In this document: positions 1 through 12,134 of the stretch, one piece after another
How the letters are laid out: each line of letters starts with the position of its first letter
Position numbering within the stretch: position 1 is the first letter of the stretch
NCBI GenBank assembly: GCA_963768855.1
Contig: CAVYJM010000010.1
Span: 64,001-128,000, forward strand
Direction: 5' to 3'
DNA: 64,000 nucleotides
From: an uncultured Thermoplasmata archaeon
GTDB taxonomy: Archaea > Thermoplasmatota > Thermoplasmata > RBG-16-68-12
Notes under the pieces: generated by a model
What the model saw: only the letters and a program-made list of their open reading frames with translations
What the model was told of the DNA's origin: nothing
Databases searched by the model: none
Made by a program: the position numbers and the translations under genes

Positions 1-448
1 AGGATCCCGCGAATCCCCCGATGACGATGTTGCTGATGTGGGTCCGCTTCAGGCCCAGGGTGTACACGCCGACGTACACGGCGAATCCGAGGCCGATCAT
101 GGCGGCCGTCAGCGGGTTGATCGCCACGTACGCCATGCCGAGCGCGAGGGCCGTGAGCCCGAGTCCGAACACGAGGGCGCGCGTCGCGGGGTCGATGCGG
201 CGGGCCGGGAGCGGGCGGGTCGAGGTGCGCCGCATGACCGCATCGATGTCGCGGTCGATGTAGTGGTTCACGGCGCTCGCTCCGCTGCTCGCGAGGAGTC
301 CCGTGAGCATCAGCAGCCCCAGGGCGGCCGGGTCGATGCGGGGGCCGCTCGTCGCCACATACCCCGCTGCGGCCACGAGGAGTAGGAGCGCGTCGATGCG
401 CAGTTTCATGAGTTGAACATAATCATCGAGGGACAAGGTCGGTCGCAA
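1..448 (-). CDS. ctaB: Protoheme IX farnesyltransferase (heme O synthase), 3' end runs off the window
   Basis: Not in ORF track (no stop in window). Minus strand from TTG 448 (alternative ATG 409) reads DYVQLMKLRIDALLLLVAAAGY...SGASAVNHYIDRDIDAVMRRTSTRPLPA...VYVGVYTLGLKR..NIVIGGFAG, the UbiA/CyoE signature. Confidence 0.9.
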   Translation of the reverse strand, partial: MRPTLSLDDYVQLMKLRIDALLLLVAAAGYVATSGPRIDPAALGLLMLTGLLASSGASAVNHYIDRDIDAVMRRTSTRPLPARRIDPATRALVFGLGLTALALGMAYVAINPLTAAMIGLGFAVYVGVYTLGLKRTHISNIVIGGFAGS

Positions 449-483
449 CCCGCGCCAAACCTCTTGCTGTTCTTAATCCTTTG

Positions 484-1194
484 TTACCCACTCCGCGCGG
501 CTGGTCTCCCGGGACGCGCTCCTCGTCGGGCTCCGCGCTGACGGGCGCGGTACCAGTCGCAGTCGCGACGCACGGGACACGCATTGCAGAGGGGATTGCG
601 GGCGCGGCAGAGCTCGCGTCCGTGCGCGATGATCGCGAGATGCCAGGCCATCCGTTTCGCGGGCGGCGTCCAAGCCTCGAGGGCGGCGCGGGTGGCTTCG
701 TAGTCCGAGCGGTCGACGATGCACCATCGTCGGGCGATCCGGGCGATGTGAGTGTCCACCGGGAACGTGGGATGGTCCCCTGCCATGGCGAGGACCACAT
801 CGGCGGTCTTCGGTCCGACCCCCGGGAGCGACATCAAGGCGTCCCGCGCCTCGCGCGTCGGCAGGGCGAGGACAGGGTCCAGGGAGCCGCCCCAGCGCTG
901 CCTCACTTCACGTGCGCAGGCACGGATCCGCGGGGCCTTCTGGCGTGCGAGCCCTGCGTGCCAGATAGCCTTCGCGATCGTGAATTCCGAGGCCGCCACG
1001 ACCGAGTCAGGCGTGATGCGTCCCAACGCCCGCCTCAACCCGTCGAGGCCGCGTCGTTCGTTTGCGACGGTCGTGCTTTGCGAGAGGATCGTGGAGACCA
1101 GGGCCTCGAACGGACTCATCTCTGCAGCCCAGTCCACCGGCGGATGGCGCCGCTCGAGCGTCCGCATCGTCCTCCGGAACGCCCTGCGGTCCAC
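484..1194 (-). CDS. nth: Endonuclease III family HhH-GPD DNA glycosylase with 4Fe-4S cluster
   Basis: LVSTILSQST, HhH LPGVGPKTADVV, FPVDTHIARI, C-terminal CRARNPLCNACPVRRDC; TATA-like cctttatc 25 nt upstream of GTG. Confidence 0.9.
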   Translation of the reverse strand: MDRRAFRRTMRTLERRHPPVDWAAEMSPFEALVSTILSQSTTVANERRGLDGLRRALGRITPDSVVAASEFTIAKAIWHAGLARQKAPRIRACAREVRQRWGGSLDPVLALPTREARDALMSLPGVGPKTADVVLAMAGDHPTFPVDTHIARIARRWCIVDRSDYEATRAALEAWTPPAKRMAWHLAIIAHGRELCRARNPLCNACPVRRDCDWYRARQRGARRGARPGRPAARSG

Positions 1195-1234
1195 GGAGTC
1201 GCAACCCGCCCGCGCGAGATAAAGGCCTGGGCTC

Positions 1235-2077
1235 TCAGCCGGTGATGAGCGAGCGGACCATCGTGATGATGTTCCTCGGTCGTTCCCGCAATCGGCGGGT
1301 GAAGTACGGCAGCCAGGTCGGCCCGTACGGGATGTACTCGGCGACGGCGTGACCCTGGGACACGAGCTCGGCCTTAAGCGGATCGCGGACCCCTTGGAGC
1401 ATGGCGAACTCGAACGGGACGTCCGGGTGCTCCTTGGCGAGGGAGAGAGCCCGGTCGATCATCTTCCCGTCGTGGGTCGCGACGGCGAAGTGCGTCCCGG
1501 CGGTGAACAGAGTCTCAAGGAGCCGGAGGTACTCCCGGTCGATCTCCGGGTGGCGCGTGAACGCGACGTCCTCCGTTTCTTTGTAGGCGCCCTTGACGAG
1601 GCGGATCCGGGCGCGCAGCGCGAGCAGGTGCCTCAGGTCGTCCTCTGTGCGGCGGATGTTTGCCTGGAGGCAGAGGCCGACCTTGTCGTACCGCTTCAGG
1701 AGGTTCTCGTAGACCCAGATCGTGTCCGCGACGGTCGAGGCGCCCTCCATGTCCACCCAGAACACGTGGCCCCATGCCTTCGTCGCATCGAGGATCGGGA
1801 TGATTTGGGAGAGCGCGTATTCCTTGTCGATCAGGATGCCGAGCTGGGTCGGCTTGATGCTCACGTCCGTGCGGACGTCCGCGGCACGGAGCTTCGCCAC
1901 GAGACGGAGGTACTCCTGCGTCGTGGCTTCGACGGGCGGCTTCTCGTGGTAGTGCTCCCCGAGATGGTTCACGACTCCTTGGATGCCGCGCCGGTTCGCT
2001 TCCTTCGCGACCCGCAGGGCATCGTCCATCGTCTCCCCCGCGACCCACTGCCGAGCGAATCGAATGAGGAGCCCCAT
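1235..2077 (-). CDS. Proline dehydrogenase (monofunctional)
   Basis: ARQWVAGET, NHLGEH, SIKPTQLG, VDMEG, RLVKGAYKE, VATHD, FEFAMLQGVR, YIPYGPTWLPYFTRRLRERP. Confidence 0.92.
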   Translation of the reverse strand: MGLLIRFARQWVAGETMDDALRVAKEANRRGIQGVVNHLGEHYHEKPPVEATTQEYLRLVAKLRAADVRTDVSIKPTQLGILIDKEYALSQIIPILDATKAWGHVFWVDMEGASTVADTIWVYENLLKRYDKVGLCLQANIRRTEDDLRHLLALRARIRLVKGAYKETEDVAFTRHPEIDREYLRLLETLFTAGTHFAVATHDGKMIDRALSLAKEHPDVPFEFAMLQGVRDPLKAELVSQGHAVAEYIPYGPTWLPYFTRRLRERPRNIITMVRSLITG

Positions 2078-2134
2078 GGGTCGGGGGATTTCCCGCCTTC
2101 GCTCAAATAGCTTCCGACTTGGGCAGCGAGACGG

Positions 2135-2566
2135 TCAAATGGGCTTGCCGCACGAGATGCAGAACTGCGCCTCTTCGGGGTTTAGGCGTCCGCACGCGCG
2201 GCACCGCACCTTCACGTCGCCCGCCTGCATGGCCTCCCGCCCGCGAACCGTGTCCGCGGAGTTGTTCGTACCCGCGACGGCTCCGAACAGGAGGAAGAGC
2301 CACCACAGCCGGACCATCCACCCGCCGACGCCCGCGAGCACGCCGCCGAGGACGAAGAGCATCATCGCGCCGAAGAAGCCGTTGAAGAACCCGGTGATCG
2401 AGAAATCCGAGCTCGTTGCGTTCCCGATCGTGCCGCCGATGAACGCGAACATGCCGTAGAGGATGATCAGGATGCCGGCAATCATAAGGACGGCGCCGAC
2501 GAGGAGTACGGTCACTGCGCCCCAACCGAAGGGCAGGGAGGGCGCGTTTCTCCGGTTCCGGGTCAT
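2135..2566 (-). CDS. Membrane protein with C-terminal zinc ribbon
   Basis: Two to three Gly-rich hydrophobic segments then CRACGRLNPEEAQFCISCG; start ATG 2566 (alternative 2593). Confidence 0.7.
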   Translation of the reverse strand: MTRNRRNAPSLPFGWGAVTVLLVGAVLMIAGILIILYGMFAFIGGTIGNATSSDFSITGFFNGFFGAMMLFVLGGVLAGVGGWMVRLWWLFLLFGAVAGTNNSADTVRGREAMQAGDVKVRCRACGRLNPEEAQFCISCGKPI

Positions 2567-2706
2567 GGCGTACGCGGCGAGGGGCAGGGCCATACTGTGC
2601 GAGCTCCTGGGGCGTCCCGAACGGGACGTCGTCCTGCGAGGTTCGGTTTGCCCCCTGATATACTTTTCAATGGCGTTCCCACGGTTGGTACTGACGCACG
2701 CTGGGG

Positions 2707-3114
2707 TCAGTGCAGGTCCGGCCGGGCGACGACGGTCTCCGCGAACAGCACGCCCTTCACGGTGCGCAACCGATCCGCCAGCTCCGCGACCTGCTTCGAC
2801 TCCCCTTCGACGATGAGGACCTCGAGGCATGCTTCTTCGCTCAGGTGTGTGTGGGCCGTGGCACGGATGGTGCCGAGGAAATCGTGCTGGCGGTGCAGGA
2901 CTCGGTGCGTCACCATTCCGACGTCATGGCGATAGACGATTGTGATCGTGCCGACAACGTGACCGCCCGCCTGGATGCGGCGCTGCACGAGACCTTGTCG
3001 AATCAGATCTCGCAACGCTTCCGAGCGGCTCGCGTACCCCTTCTCCCGGACGAATCGGTCGAACTCTCCGAGCAGGGGGCCTTCCAGAGAAACGCCGATG
3101 CGCTCGACGGCCAT
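2707..3114 (-). CDS. nikR: Nickel-responsive transcriptional regulator NikR
   Basis: RHH start ERIGVSLEGPLLGEFD...SRSEALRDLIR; Ni ligands equivalent to H76 (RQHDF), H87/H89 (AHTHL), C95 (EACLE). Confidence 0.95.
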   Translation of the reverse strand: MAVERIGVSLEGPLLGEFDRFVREKGYASRSEALRDLIRQGLVQRRIQAGGHVVGTITIVYRHDVGMVTHRVLHRQHDFLGTIRATAHTHLSEEACLEVLIVEGESKQVAELADRLRTVKGVLFAETVVARPDLH

Positions 3115-3142
3115 GTGCTACCCGCCGTGGACGAAGTGCTAC
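3115..3142. promoter_or_regulatory. Candidate NikR operator immediately upstream of nikR start (GTGCTAC-N14-GTGCTAC)
   Basis: Exact 7-mer direct repeat at 3115-3121 and 3136-3142 abutting the nikR ATG; similar to GT(G/A)(C/T)TAC half-sites recalled for deltaproteobacterial NikR. Confidence 0.55.
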
Positions 3143-3203
3143 TCCCGGATGAATCCTACGGTTTTCGCCTCCTACCCCCGCGCTAAAGCTTTAAGTTGCG
3201 GCA

Positions 3204-3230
3204 GTGTTACTCTCACAACCGGCGTCATAC
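3204..3230. promoter_or_regulatory. Candidate NikR operator over the NiCoT transcription start (GTGTTAC-N13-GTCATAC)
   Basis: Lies between TATA-like tttaag (3190-3195) and ATG 3242; half-sites and 27-bp span fit NikR operators. Confidence 0.6.
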
Positions 3231-3241
3231 CGCCCTTTTGC

Positions 3242-6920
<3,679 letters not shown>

Positions 6921-7180
6921 CTGCCGCATAGCGGCTTGTTGAGCGCCCGCACGTGGAATTGGCTGCCGGTGCCGCTGCCGACCTCTTGTGCACAGGCCGC
7001 CTGGGCTCTCTCCGAACCGGACTTCGACACGACTGACCTGACCACACCCGCCGATATGTCGGCGTGAGTACACCCCCTTGTCGTCAAGGTACCCCTTTCG
7101 CGCGCCAATCCCGACCCCTCAGGGAGGAGCGCCGCAGGCGTGGGACCCTGACGAGCCTTCGGGCGACGGGAGGACCGCAC

Positions 7181-7747
7181 GTGCACGCTCGCACACTCCG
7201 GCGAGCGCGTTCATCGGCTTCCAGATCGCGTCCATAAGACACTCGCTTCCGGCATCATCTGCCAATACCCCATGCAGGAACATCTCTTCCGTGACCCCGT
7301 ATCTGGCGTAGAACCTCGCCGCCTCCGTCCTCGCCGTCGGCTTCCTCTTCCTGGGCCGAATTCCCCAATCCGTCGAGGGAGCTGTCTCGCCCCAGCCCAG
7401 AGAGGCGGCTTTCGTCCCTTCGCCGCAGACCGAGCATGCCCCCCGGCCCCTAAGTCATCGCGGGTTCCCCGTTCCCTGCCGTGACGGCCAAGGAAGCCGG
7501 GGACGGACGCCTATCCGAGCCTGCCTTGAAGAGGGTCCTCGGCGAGGATGAGCGGCGGATGTACTTGGTGCTCCGCGAGCACGGCGGGGCGATGCTCTAG
7601 AAGGACCTCGTCGGGCTGGGCATCTTCTCGAGGGCGAAGGTTAGCCGGGTCTTGGACCGGCTCGAGGCGAAGCGCGTCGTCGTGCGGGAGCGCCACGGGA
7701 TGACGAACTGCGTGAGAATCGTCGCCGGCACGACCAAGTCCCCCTGA
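7181..7747 (+). pseudogene. Decayed membrane-anchored winged-helix regulator
   Basis: Frame 2, 7526-7747, reads LKRVLGEDERRMYLVLREHGGAML*KDLVGLGIFSRAKVSRVLDRLEAKRVVVRERHGMTNCVRI (TAG 7598-7600 where Q is expected). Upstream frame 1 has a TM segment YLA*NLAASVLAVGFLFLGR (TAG 7309-7311). Frame changes near 7205 and 7445. Confidence 0.7.
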
Positions 7748-7828
7748 ATTAGGAAAGCCTAAACGATTTCCGGCGCACGACAACTGCGGACAAATGTTTA
7801 AATCGGACCTGAGGGTGCGGGCTTCCGC

Positions 7829-8623
7829 ATGATGCAAGGAACGGCCCCCACCCCTGCAGCAACCCAGGCCAAACCCGTTTTGAAAGACGCTCCCCCCAAG
7901 TTCCGTTCGGGGAAGCACACGGCCGTCGTGAAGGAGGTCTTCGACATCGCGCCGAAGGCCCCCGAGACCTACCTGATTCGGTTCACCTTCGAGAACGAAC
8001 CCGTATTCGACTTCGAGCCGGGCCAGTTCATCTCGATCTTCGCGGAGAAGGAAGGCAAGAAGATCTCCCGGCCGTACTCGATCGCCTCCTGGCCGGAGAA
8101 CAAGGACTACCTCGAGCTCTGTATCAAGGTCGTGGAGGGGGGGTTCATGTCGAACTTCCTCCACCACGTGACCCCGGGGACCAAGCTCGCGTCGATCGCG
8201 CCCCTCGGCCGGTTCGTGCTCGCGGAGCCGCTCCAGTACGACACGGTCTTCGTCGCCACGGGCACGGGCGTCGCGCCGTTCGTCTCCCATCTCGGCCACA
8301 TCTTCCTGAACGACCTCGACGACGGCCACGAGATCGACCTCGTGTTCGGGACCCGGTACACGTACGAGCTCATCTATCACGACCTGTTCCTGAAATGGGA
8401 GAGGGAGCATCCGAACTTCCACTACTACTCGACCGTTTCGCGCCCCGAGACGCCGGACTACAAGGGCCGCGTGGGCTACGTGCAGAAGATCATCCAGAAC
8501 GACCTGAAGGACTACGCGACCAAGCAGGTCTTCATCTGCGGGCTCAACAACATGGTCGAGGACGTGCAGAACCTCTGCAAGCAGCTCGGGTTCGCTTTCG
8601 TGCGATTCGAGAAGTGGGACTGA
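7829..8623 (+). CDS. FAD/NAD(P)-binding oxidoreductase, ferredoxin-NADP reductase family
   Basis: FEPGQF, RPYSIAS, GGFMSNFL, ATGTGVAPF, FICGLNNMV; TATA tttaaa 7797-7802. Confidence 0.9.
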   Translation: MMQGTAPTPAATQAKPVLKDAPPKFRSGKHTAVVKEVFDIAPKAPETYLIRFTFENEPVFDFEPGQFISIFAEKEGKKISRPYSIASWPENKDYLELCIKVVEGGFMSNFLHHVTPGTKLASIAPLGRFVLAEPLQYDTVFVATGTGVAPFVSHLGHIFLNDLDDGHEIDLVFGTRYTYELIYHDLFLKWEREHPNFHYYSTVSRPETPDYKGRVGYVQKIIQNDLKDYATKQVFICGLNNMVEDVQNLCKQLGFAFVRFEKWD

Positions 8624-8628
8624 AATCT

Positions 8629-8958
8629 TCAACCCAGGTGGCGCATCACCCGCACATCCTCCACCGTGATGAGGCCCCCCTTCACCATCTCGCTGATCTT
8701 CGGGATGACCGCAGCGATCTTCTTCTCGGAGTCCACTGCCTCGATAATCACCGGCAGATCCTCGCTGAGCCGCAACGGCGTCGAGGTGTGCAGGAGGCTC
8801 CGCTTCCCGAAGCCGTAGACGCCGCGGGTAACCGTGGCGCCCCAGATCCCTTGTTCCCGCAGATGGTGCACGACCGCCTTGTAGGCGGGGAGGCCACCAT
8901 ATCGGTCCGACTCCCCGAGATAGATCTTCACCCGCACCGCCTTTTCGTCGAGCTCCAT
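8629..8958 (-). CDS. DUF190 (P-II-like) protein
   Basis: KIYLGESD, GATVTRGVYGFG, LSEDLPVIIEAVD, GLITVEDV; directly after crcB. Confidence 0.92.
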   Translation of the reverse strand: MELDEKAVRVKIYLGESDRYGGLPAYKAVVHHLREQGIWGATVTRGVYGFGKRSLLHTSTPLRLSEDLPVIIEAVDSEKKIAAVIPKISEMVKGGLITVEDVRVMRHLG

Positions 8959-8959
8959 C

Positions 8960-9349
8960 TCACCCGCCTCCCAGAAGCATCCCGACCGCCCGCCCGAGGT
9001 ATGCTCCGACCACGCATAGGCCTGCGTTCAGGAAAACGTTTCCCGCGGCCCAGCCGAGCTGTCCCCCCGCCAGGAGGGTCACGGTCTCGAGGCTGAATGT
9101 GGACATCGTCGTGTATCCTCCGAAGATCCCGATGAACGCGAAGGCCCTCAGGTCCGAGGAGATGAAGCCACGGCCCATCGCCAGGAAGAAGGTCACCGCC
9201 AGGAGGAAGCTTCCCGTCAGGTTGACAAAGAACGTTCCCCACGGGAAGTCGCCACGGGTCAGATAGCCGGATGCCTCGTAGCGGAGCACGCTTCCGAAAG
9301 CTCCGCCTGCGGCCACGAGTCCCACGAGCTTGGCCTGGTCCCAGTCCAT
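8960..9349 (-). CDS. crcB: Fluoride efflux channel Fluc/CrcB
   Basis: GGAFGSVLRY, FPWGTFFVNLTGSFLL, GIFGGYTTMSTFSLET. Confidence 0.95.
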   Translation of the reverse strand: MDWDQAKLVGLVAAGGAFGSVLRYEASGYLTRGDFPWGTFFVNLTGSFLLAVTFFLAMGRGFISSDLRAFAFIGIFGGYTTMSTFSLETVTLLAGGQLGWAAGNVFLNAGLCVVGAYLGRAVGMLLGGG

Positions 9350-9411
9350 CGTCGCACCGTCCCTCGGCGCGGGGACCGGGTGGACCCCGACGCCGTCTCG
9401 CCCGGTTCGCG

Positions 9412-9461
9412 GTAGAAGCCATCAGCCCCGGGCGGGGCGGTTGGGGTGGGCCTCATCACCC
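9412..9461 (-). ncRNA. Fluoride riboswitch (crcB motif) aptamer
   Basis: Minus strand GGTGATGAGGCCCACCCCAACCGCCCCGCCCGGGGCTGATGGCTTCTAC: P1 GGTG/CACC, pseudoknot AGGCC/GGCTT, AACCGC...GCTGATG...CTAC consensus; about 60 nt upstream of crcB; TATA-like tttat at 9486-9490. Confidence 0.92.
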
Positions 9462-9513
9462 GGGTCGGCGAGACACGGGAATCCCATAAACCTTTGTCGG
9501 TCGACAGCCGGCT

Positions 9514-9819
9514 TCACGGTCTCGCGTGGTAGCGGACCTTGCCGATGAGCAGGTGCCGCGGCACCATGCCGAAGTGGCGGCTGTCGCGGCTGTGGGCCAT
9601 GTTGTCCCCGAGCACGAAGAAGCCCGCCGCGGCGTCGCTGGACATGATCCGCTTGACGAGGAACTGACCGGTCGCCTCGGGATCGCGGAGCACGACGATG
9701 TCTCCGGCCGCCGGGAGGTGCGATCGGTACGCCCACCGGTTCACGAGGACGTAGTCCCCGGAGCGGAGCGTCGGCTCCATGCTCTGGTCTTCGACCCGGA
9801 ACCGGGCGAGGGGGAACAC
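9514..9819 (-). CDS. sodX: Nickel-type superoxide dismutase maturation peptidase (S26 family)
   Basis: RFRVEDQSMEPTL, GDYVLV, LVKRI, VLGDN..HSRDSRHFG; 15 nt downstream of sodN. Confidence 0.9.
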   Translation of the reverse strand: MFPLARFRVEDQSMEPTLRSGDYVLVNRWAYRSHLPAAGDIVVLRDPEATGQFLVKRIMSSDAAAGFFVLGDNMAHSRDSRHFGMVPRHLLIGKVRYHARP

Positions 9820-9834
9820 CGTCCCCCAGATTGC

Positions 9835-10356
9835 TCACCCGAGCTTAGGGTAGACGGTCTCGCGGGCCGTCGGGTATGGGGCCTTCGCCTTGAACGTGGC
9901 GATGCCCTTCGTCTTCCAGAAGGCCTCCGCGATCTCGTTGGCGAGCTTGAGCATGTCCTCGGCGGCGGCGAGGTTGATCTCCTGGCGTCCCTTGCTCCCC
10001 GCCTTCAGCGCCTTCCACACGGTGTCGTGGAGCGTCGGGAACTGCTGGAGGTGCTCCGGCTTGAAGTAGTCGCCGTACAGGATGCGGATCTCCTGCTTGT
10101 AGATCTCCGCATGCTGCTCCTTCGTGGCGATGTACCGGCCCAGCTTGCCATGGAACTCCTCCTTCTGCGCCAGGGTCGCGCTCGGTCCCGGGTGCTCGAG
10201 CTGGCCGATCAGGTCGACCATTCGGATGACCGTGTGTGCCGCGAGCTGGGCGTGGTGCGGGTCGTAGATGCCGCAGGGGATGTCGCAGTGTGCGTACGCG
10301 ACCGGGGCCGGGCGGACCCAATCGAGGGCTCGGAGTAGCTTGTGTGCGAGGGACAT
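9835..10356 (-). CDS. sodN: Nickel superoxide dismutase precursor
   Basis: 22-aa leader ending VAYA followed by Ni-hook HCDIPCGIYDP; TKEQHAE, DYFKPEH, FWKTK; TATA tttaaat 10381-10387 places start at ATG 10356. Confidence 0.95.
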   Translation of the reverse strand: MSLAHKLLRALDWVRPAPVAYAHCDIPCGIYDPHHAQLAAHTVIRMVDLIGQLEHPGPSATLAQKEEFHGKLGRYIATKEQHAEIYKQEIRILYGDYFKPEHLQQFPTLHDTVWKALKAGSKGRQEINLAAAEDMLKLANEIAEAFWKTKGIATFKAKAPYPTARETVYPKLG

Positions 10357-10414
10357 GTTCGCGTCGTAGCCGACCCCCATATTTAAACGTGAGGCGGCCT
10401 CGCGACGCCGCGCG

Positions 10415-11515
10415 TCATTTCGACTCTGCCGACGGCTGGGAGAGCGGTGCGCTGGCGACCGCCGTCTTCGGGAAGTTCCGCCGGAATCGCAGCGCCACGT
10501 TCACGAGGCTCATGAGGACGGGCACCTCGATGAGGGGTCCGATGACCGCGGCGAAGGCCTGCCCCGAGGCGATTCCGAACACGCCAATCGTCGTCGCGAT
10601 GGCGAGTTCGAAGTTGTTGCTCGCGGCGGTGAACGACAACGTGGTCGTCTCCTCGTAGGAGAACCCGAGGCGCTTGGACACCGCGAAGGAGAGGAAGAAC
10701 ATGATCACGAAGTACAGGGCGAGGGGCACTGCGATGCGGACGACGTCCCAAGGCAGGCTGACGATGCTGTTCCCGCGGAGGGAGAACATGACGACCACGG
10801 TGAAGAGGAGGCCCAGGATTGCCGTGGGGGCGAGGCGCCTCATGAAGGTGTCCTCATACCAGCGCTCTCCGCGGCGCCGCACGAGGACGGTCCGGGTGAG
10901 GAACCCAAGGAGGAGCGGGATGCCGAGGTAGAACAGGACCGTGCCCGCGACGTCGAGGATGGAGATGGAGACGACCTGGGACGCGGTCAGGCCGCCGATG
11001 ATCCCCGAAAGGAAGGTGATGAAGAACCACGCGAGGACGGAGTAGAGGAGCATCTGGAACACGCTGTTCAGACCCACGAGGAGGGCCGCGTAGTCCGTCG
11101 AGCCTTTCGCCATGGCGTTCCAGACGAGGACCATCGCGATGCACCGCGCGAGCCCGACGATGATGAGCCCGACGCGGTACTGCGGCAGATCCGGGAGGAA
11201 GATCCACGCGAGGGCGAACATCAGGAAGGGCCCCAGGATCCAGTTCTGGAACAGGGACAGGCCCATGAGTCGCCGATTCGTCGCGAGGCGGGGCAGGTCA
11301 CCGTACCTCACGCGGGCGAGGGGCGGGTACATCATCCAGATGAGGCCGATGGCCAGGGGGACGGAGATGCCGGACCACGAGAAGGAGTCCAGCCACCCGG
11401 AGAATCCGGGAACGAAGGCGCCGAGGCCCACGCCGAGGGCCATGGCCAAGATGATCCACAGGGTCGTGAGCCGGTCGAACAGGGAGAGCCCCTCGCCTTC
11501 GGCCACGTCAATCAC
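10415..11515 (-). CDS. acr3: Arsenite efflux transporter Acr3
   Basis: SLFDRLTTLWI, MMYPPLA, QNWILGPFLMF, GLARCIAMVLVWN, AASNNFELAIA, GPLIEVPVL; GTG 11515 overlaps the arsR stop (GTGA). Confidence 0.95.
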   Translation of the reverse strand: MIDVAEGEGLSLFDRLTTLWIILAMALGVGLGAFVPGFSGWLDSFSWSGISVPLAIGLIWMMYPPLARVRYGDLPRLATNRRLMGLSLFQNWILGPFLMFALAWIFLPDLPQYRVGLIIVGLARCIAMVLVWNAMAKGSTDYAALLVGLNSVFQMLLYSVLAWFFITFLSGIIGGLTASQVVSISILDVAGTVLFYLGIPLLLGFLTRTVLVRRRGERWYEDTFMRRLAPTAILGLLFTVVVMFSLRGNSIVSLPWDVVRIAVPLALYFVIMFFLSFAVSKRLGFSYEETTTLSFTAASNNFELAIATTIGVFGIASGQAFAAVIGPLIEVPVLMSLVNVALRFRRNFPKTAVASAPLSQPSAESK

Positions 11516-11952
11516 CCGGGTCGGGCATGCGGAGAAGGCTGCGTTCCCTGGTGGTGGTTCTCCGCTCGCGGAGACTCCCCGGGACGGCGATGGACGAGGC
11601 CAATTCCAGCATCCACGAGCCGAAGGACGCGGCGGTCCGGGATTCGGTAAAAGGTCCACTTGCCCTTGGGCTGCGCCTCGACGAGGCCCGCGCGCTCAAG
11701 AATCCCGAGGTGGTGGGAGGTCGTTGGCTGGGTCATCCGGAGAGCGAAGGAGATTTCGCAAACGCAGAGCTCGCGGGGGGCCAGCAGCCTCAGGATGACG
11801 AGTCGATCCGGATTGGAAAGGGCCGCAAAGACCTCGCTCGCGGGCGGTAGGTCCGCCTCTTGAGACACCCGTCGGGCGAGGGTCCTGAGTTCCTCGCTGT
11901 GCTCGGATGCGGTGCACGATAGGCGGAGGCCACTCTCGACAAGATTCTCCAT
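11512..11952 (-). CDS. arsR: ArsR/SmtB family repressor
   Basis: FAALSNPDRLVILRLL..RELCVCEI...TQPTTSHHLGILERAGLV; start ATG 11952 is uncertain (ORF is open to 12081). Confidence 0.9.
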   Translation of the reverse strand: MENLVESGLRLSCTASEHSEELRTLARRVSQEADLPPASEVFAALSNPDRLVILRLLAPRELCVCEISFALRMTQPTTSHHLGILERAGLVEAQPKGKWTFYRIPDRRVLRLVDAGIGLVHRRPGESPRAENHHQGTQPSPHARPG

Positions 11953-12134
11953 CTGAGGGTCGAACACAGATCCGTGCTCCTGAGTGCCCGCTTGCGTCTT
12001 GCGATCGTGCCCACGGAATGGACTCCTTTGGCCCAAAGTTGCTCGCAAGGCACCCTTGAGGTAGTGAGTACATATACACACATTTAACTATTTCGATTTG
12101 ACCAGATACAGGAAACTGAGAGTGAGGCGACCAG

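Noticed and set aside
6921-7180. Minus-strand text QEVGSGTGSQFHVRALNK (SAM-motif-like or FN3-like) and small hairpins after katG
   Set aside because: Matches are too short, the ORF overlaps katG antisense and the hairpins are weak; at most a gene remnant.
7309-7600. Pyrrolysine recoding as the explanation for the two TAG codons
   Set aside because: The TAGs are in different frames with frameshifts between them, both are one transition from W or Q codons, and no pyl genes are in the window.
7511-8632. Long antisense ORFs, here and e.g. 33082-35442, 35455-37338, 44894-46159, 60678-62255
   Set aside because: Shadow ORFs opposite well-supported genes, expected at high GC with strong codon bias.
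10357-10414. Possible NikR half-site (gtagccg) upstream of sodN
   Set aside because: Only 5 of 7 positions match and there is no partner half-site at 13-14 nt spacing.
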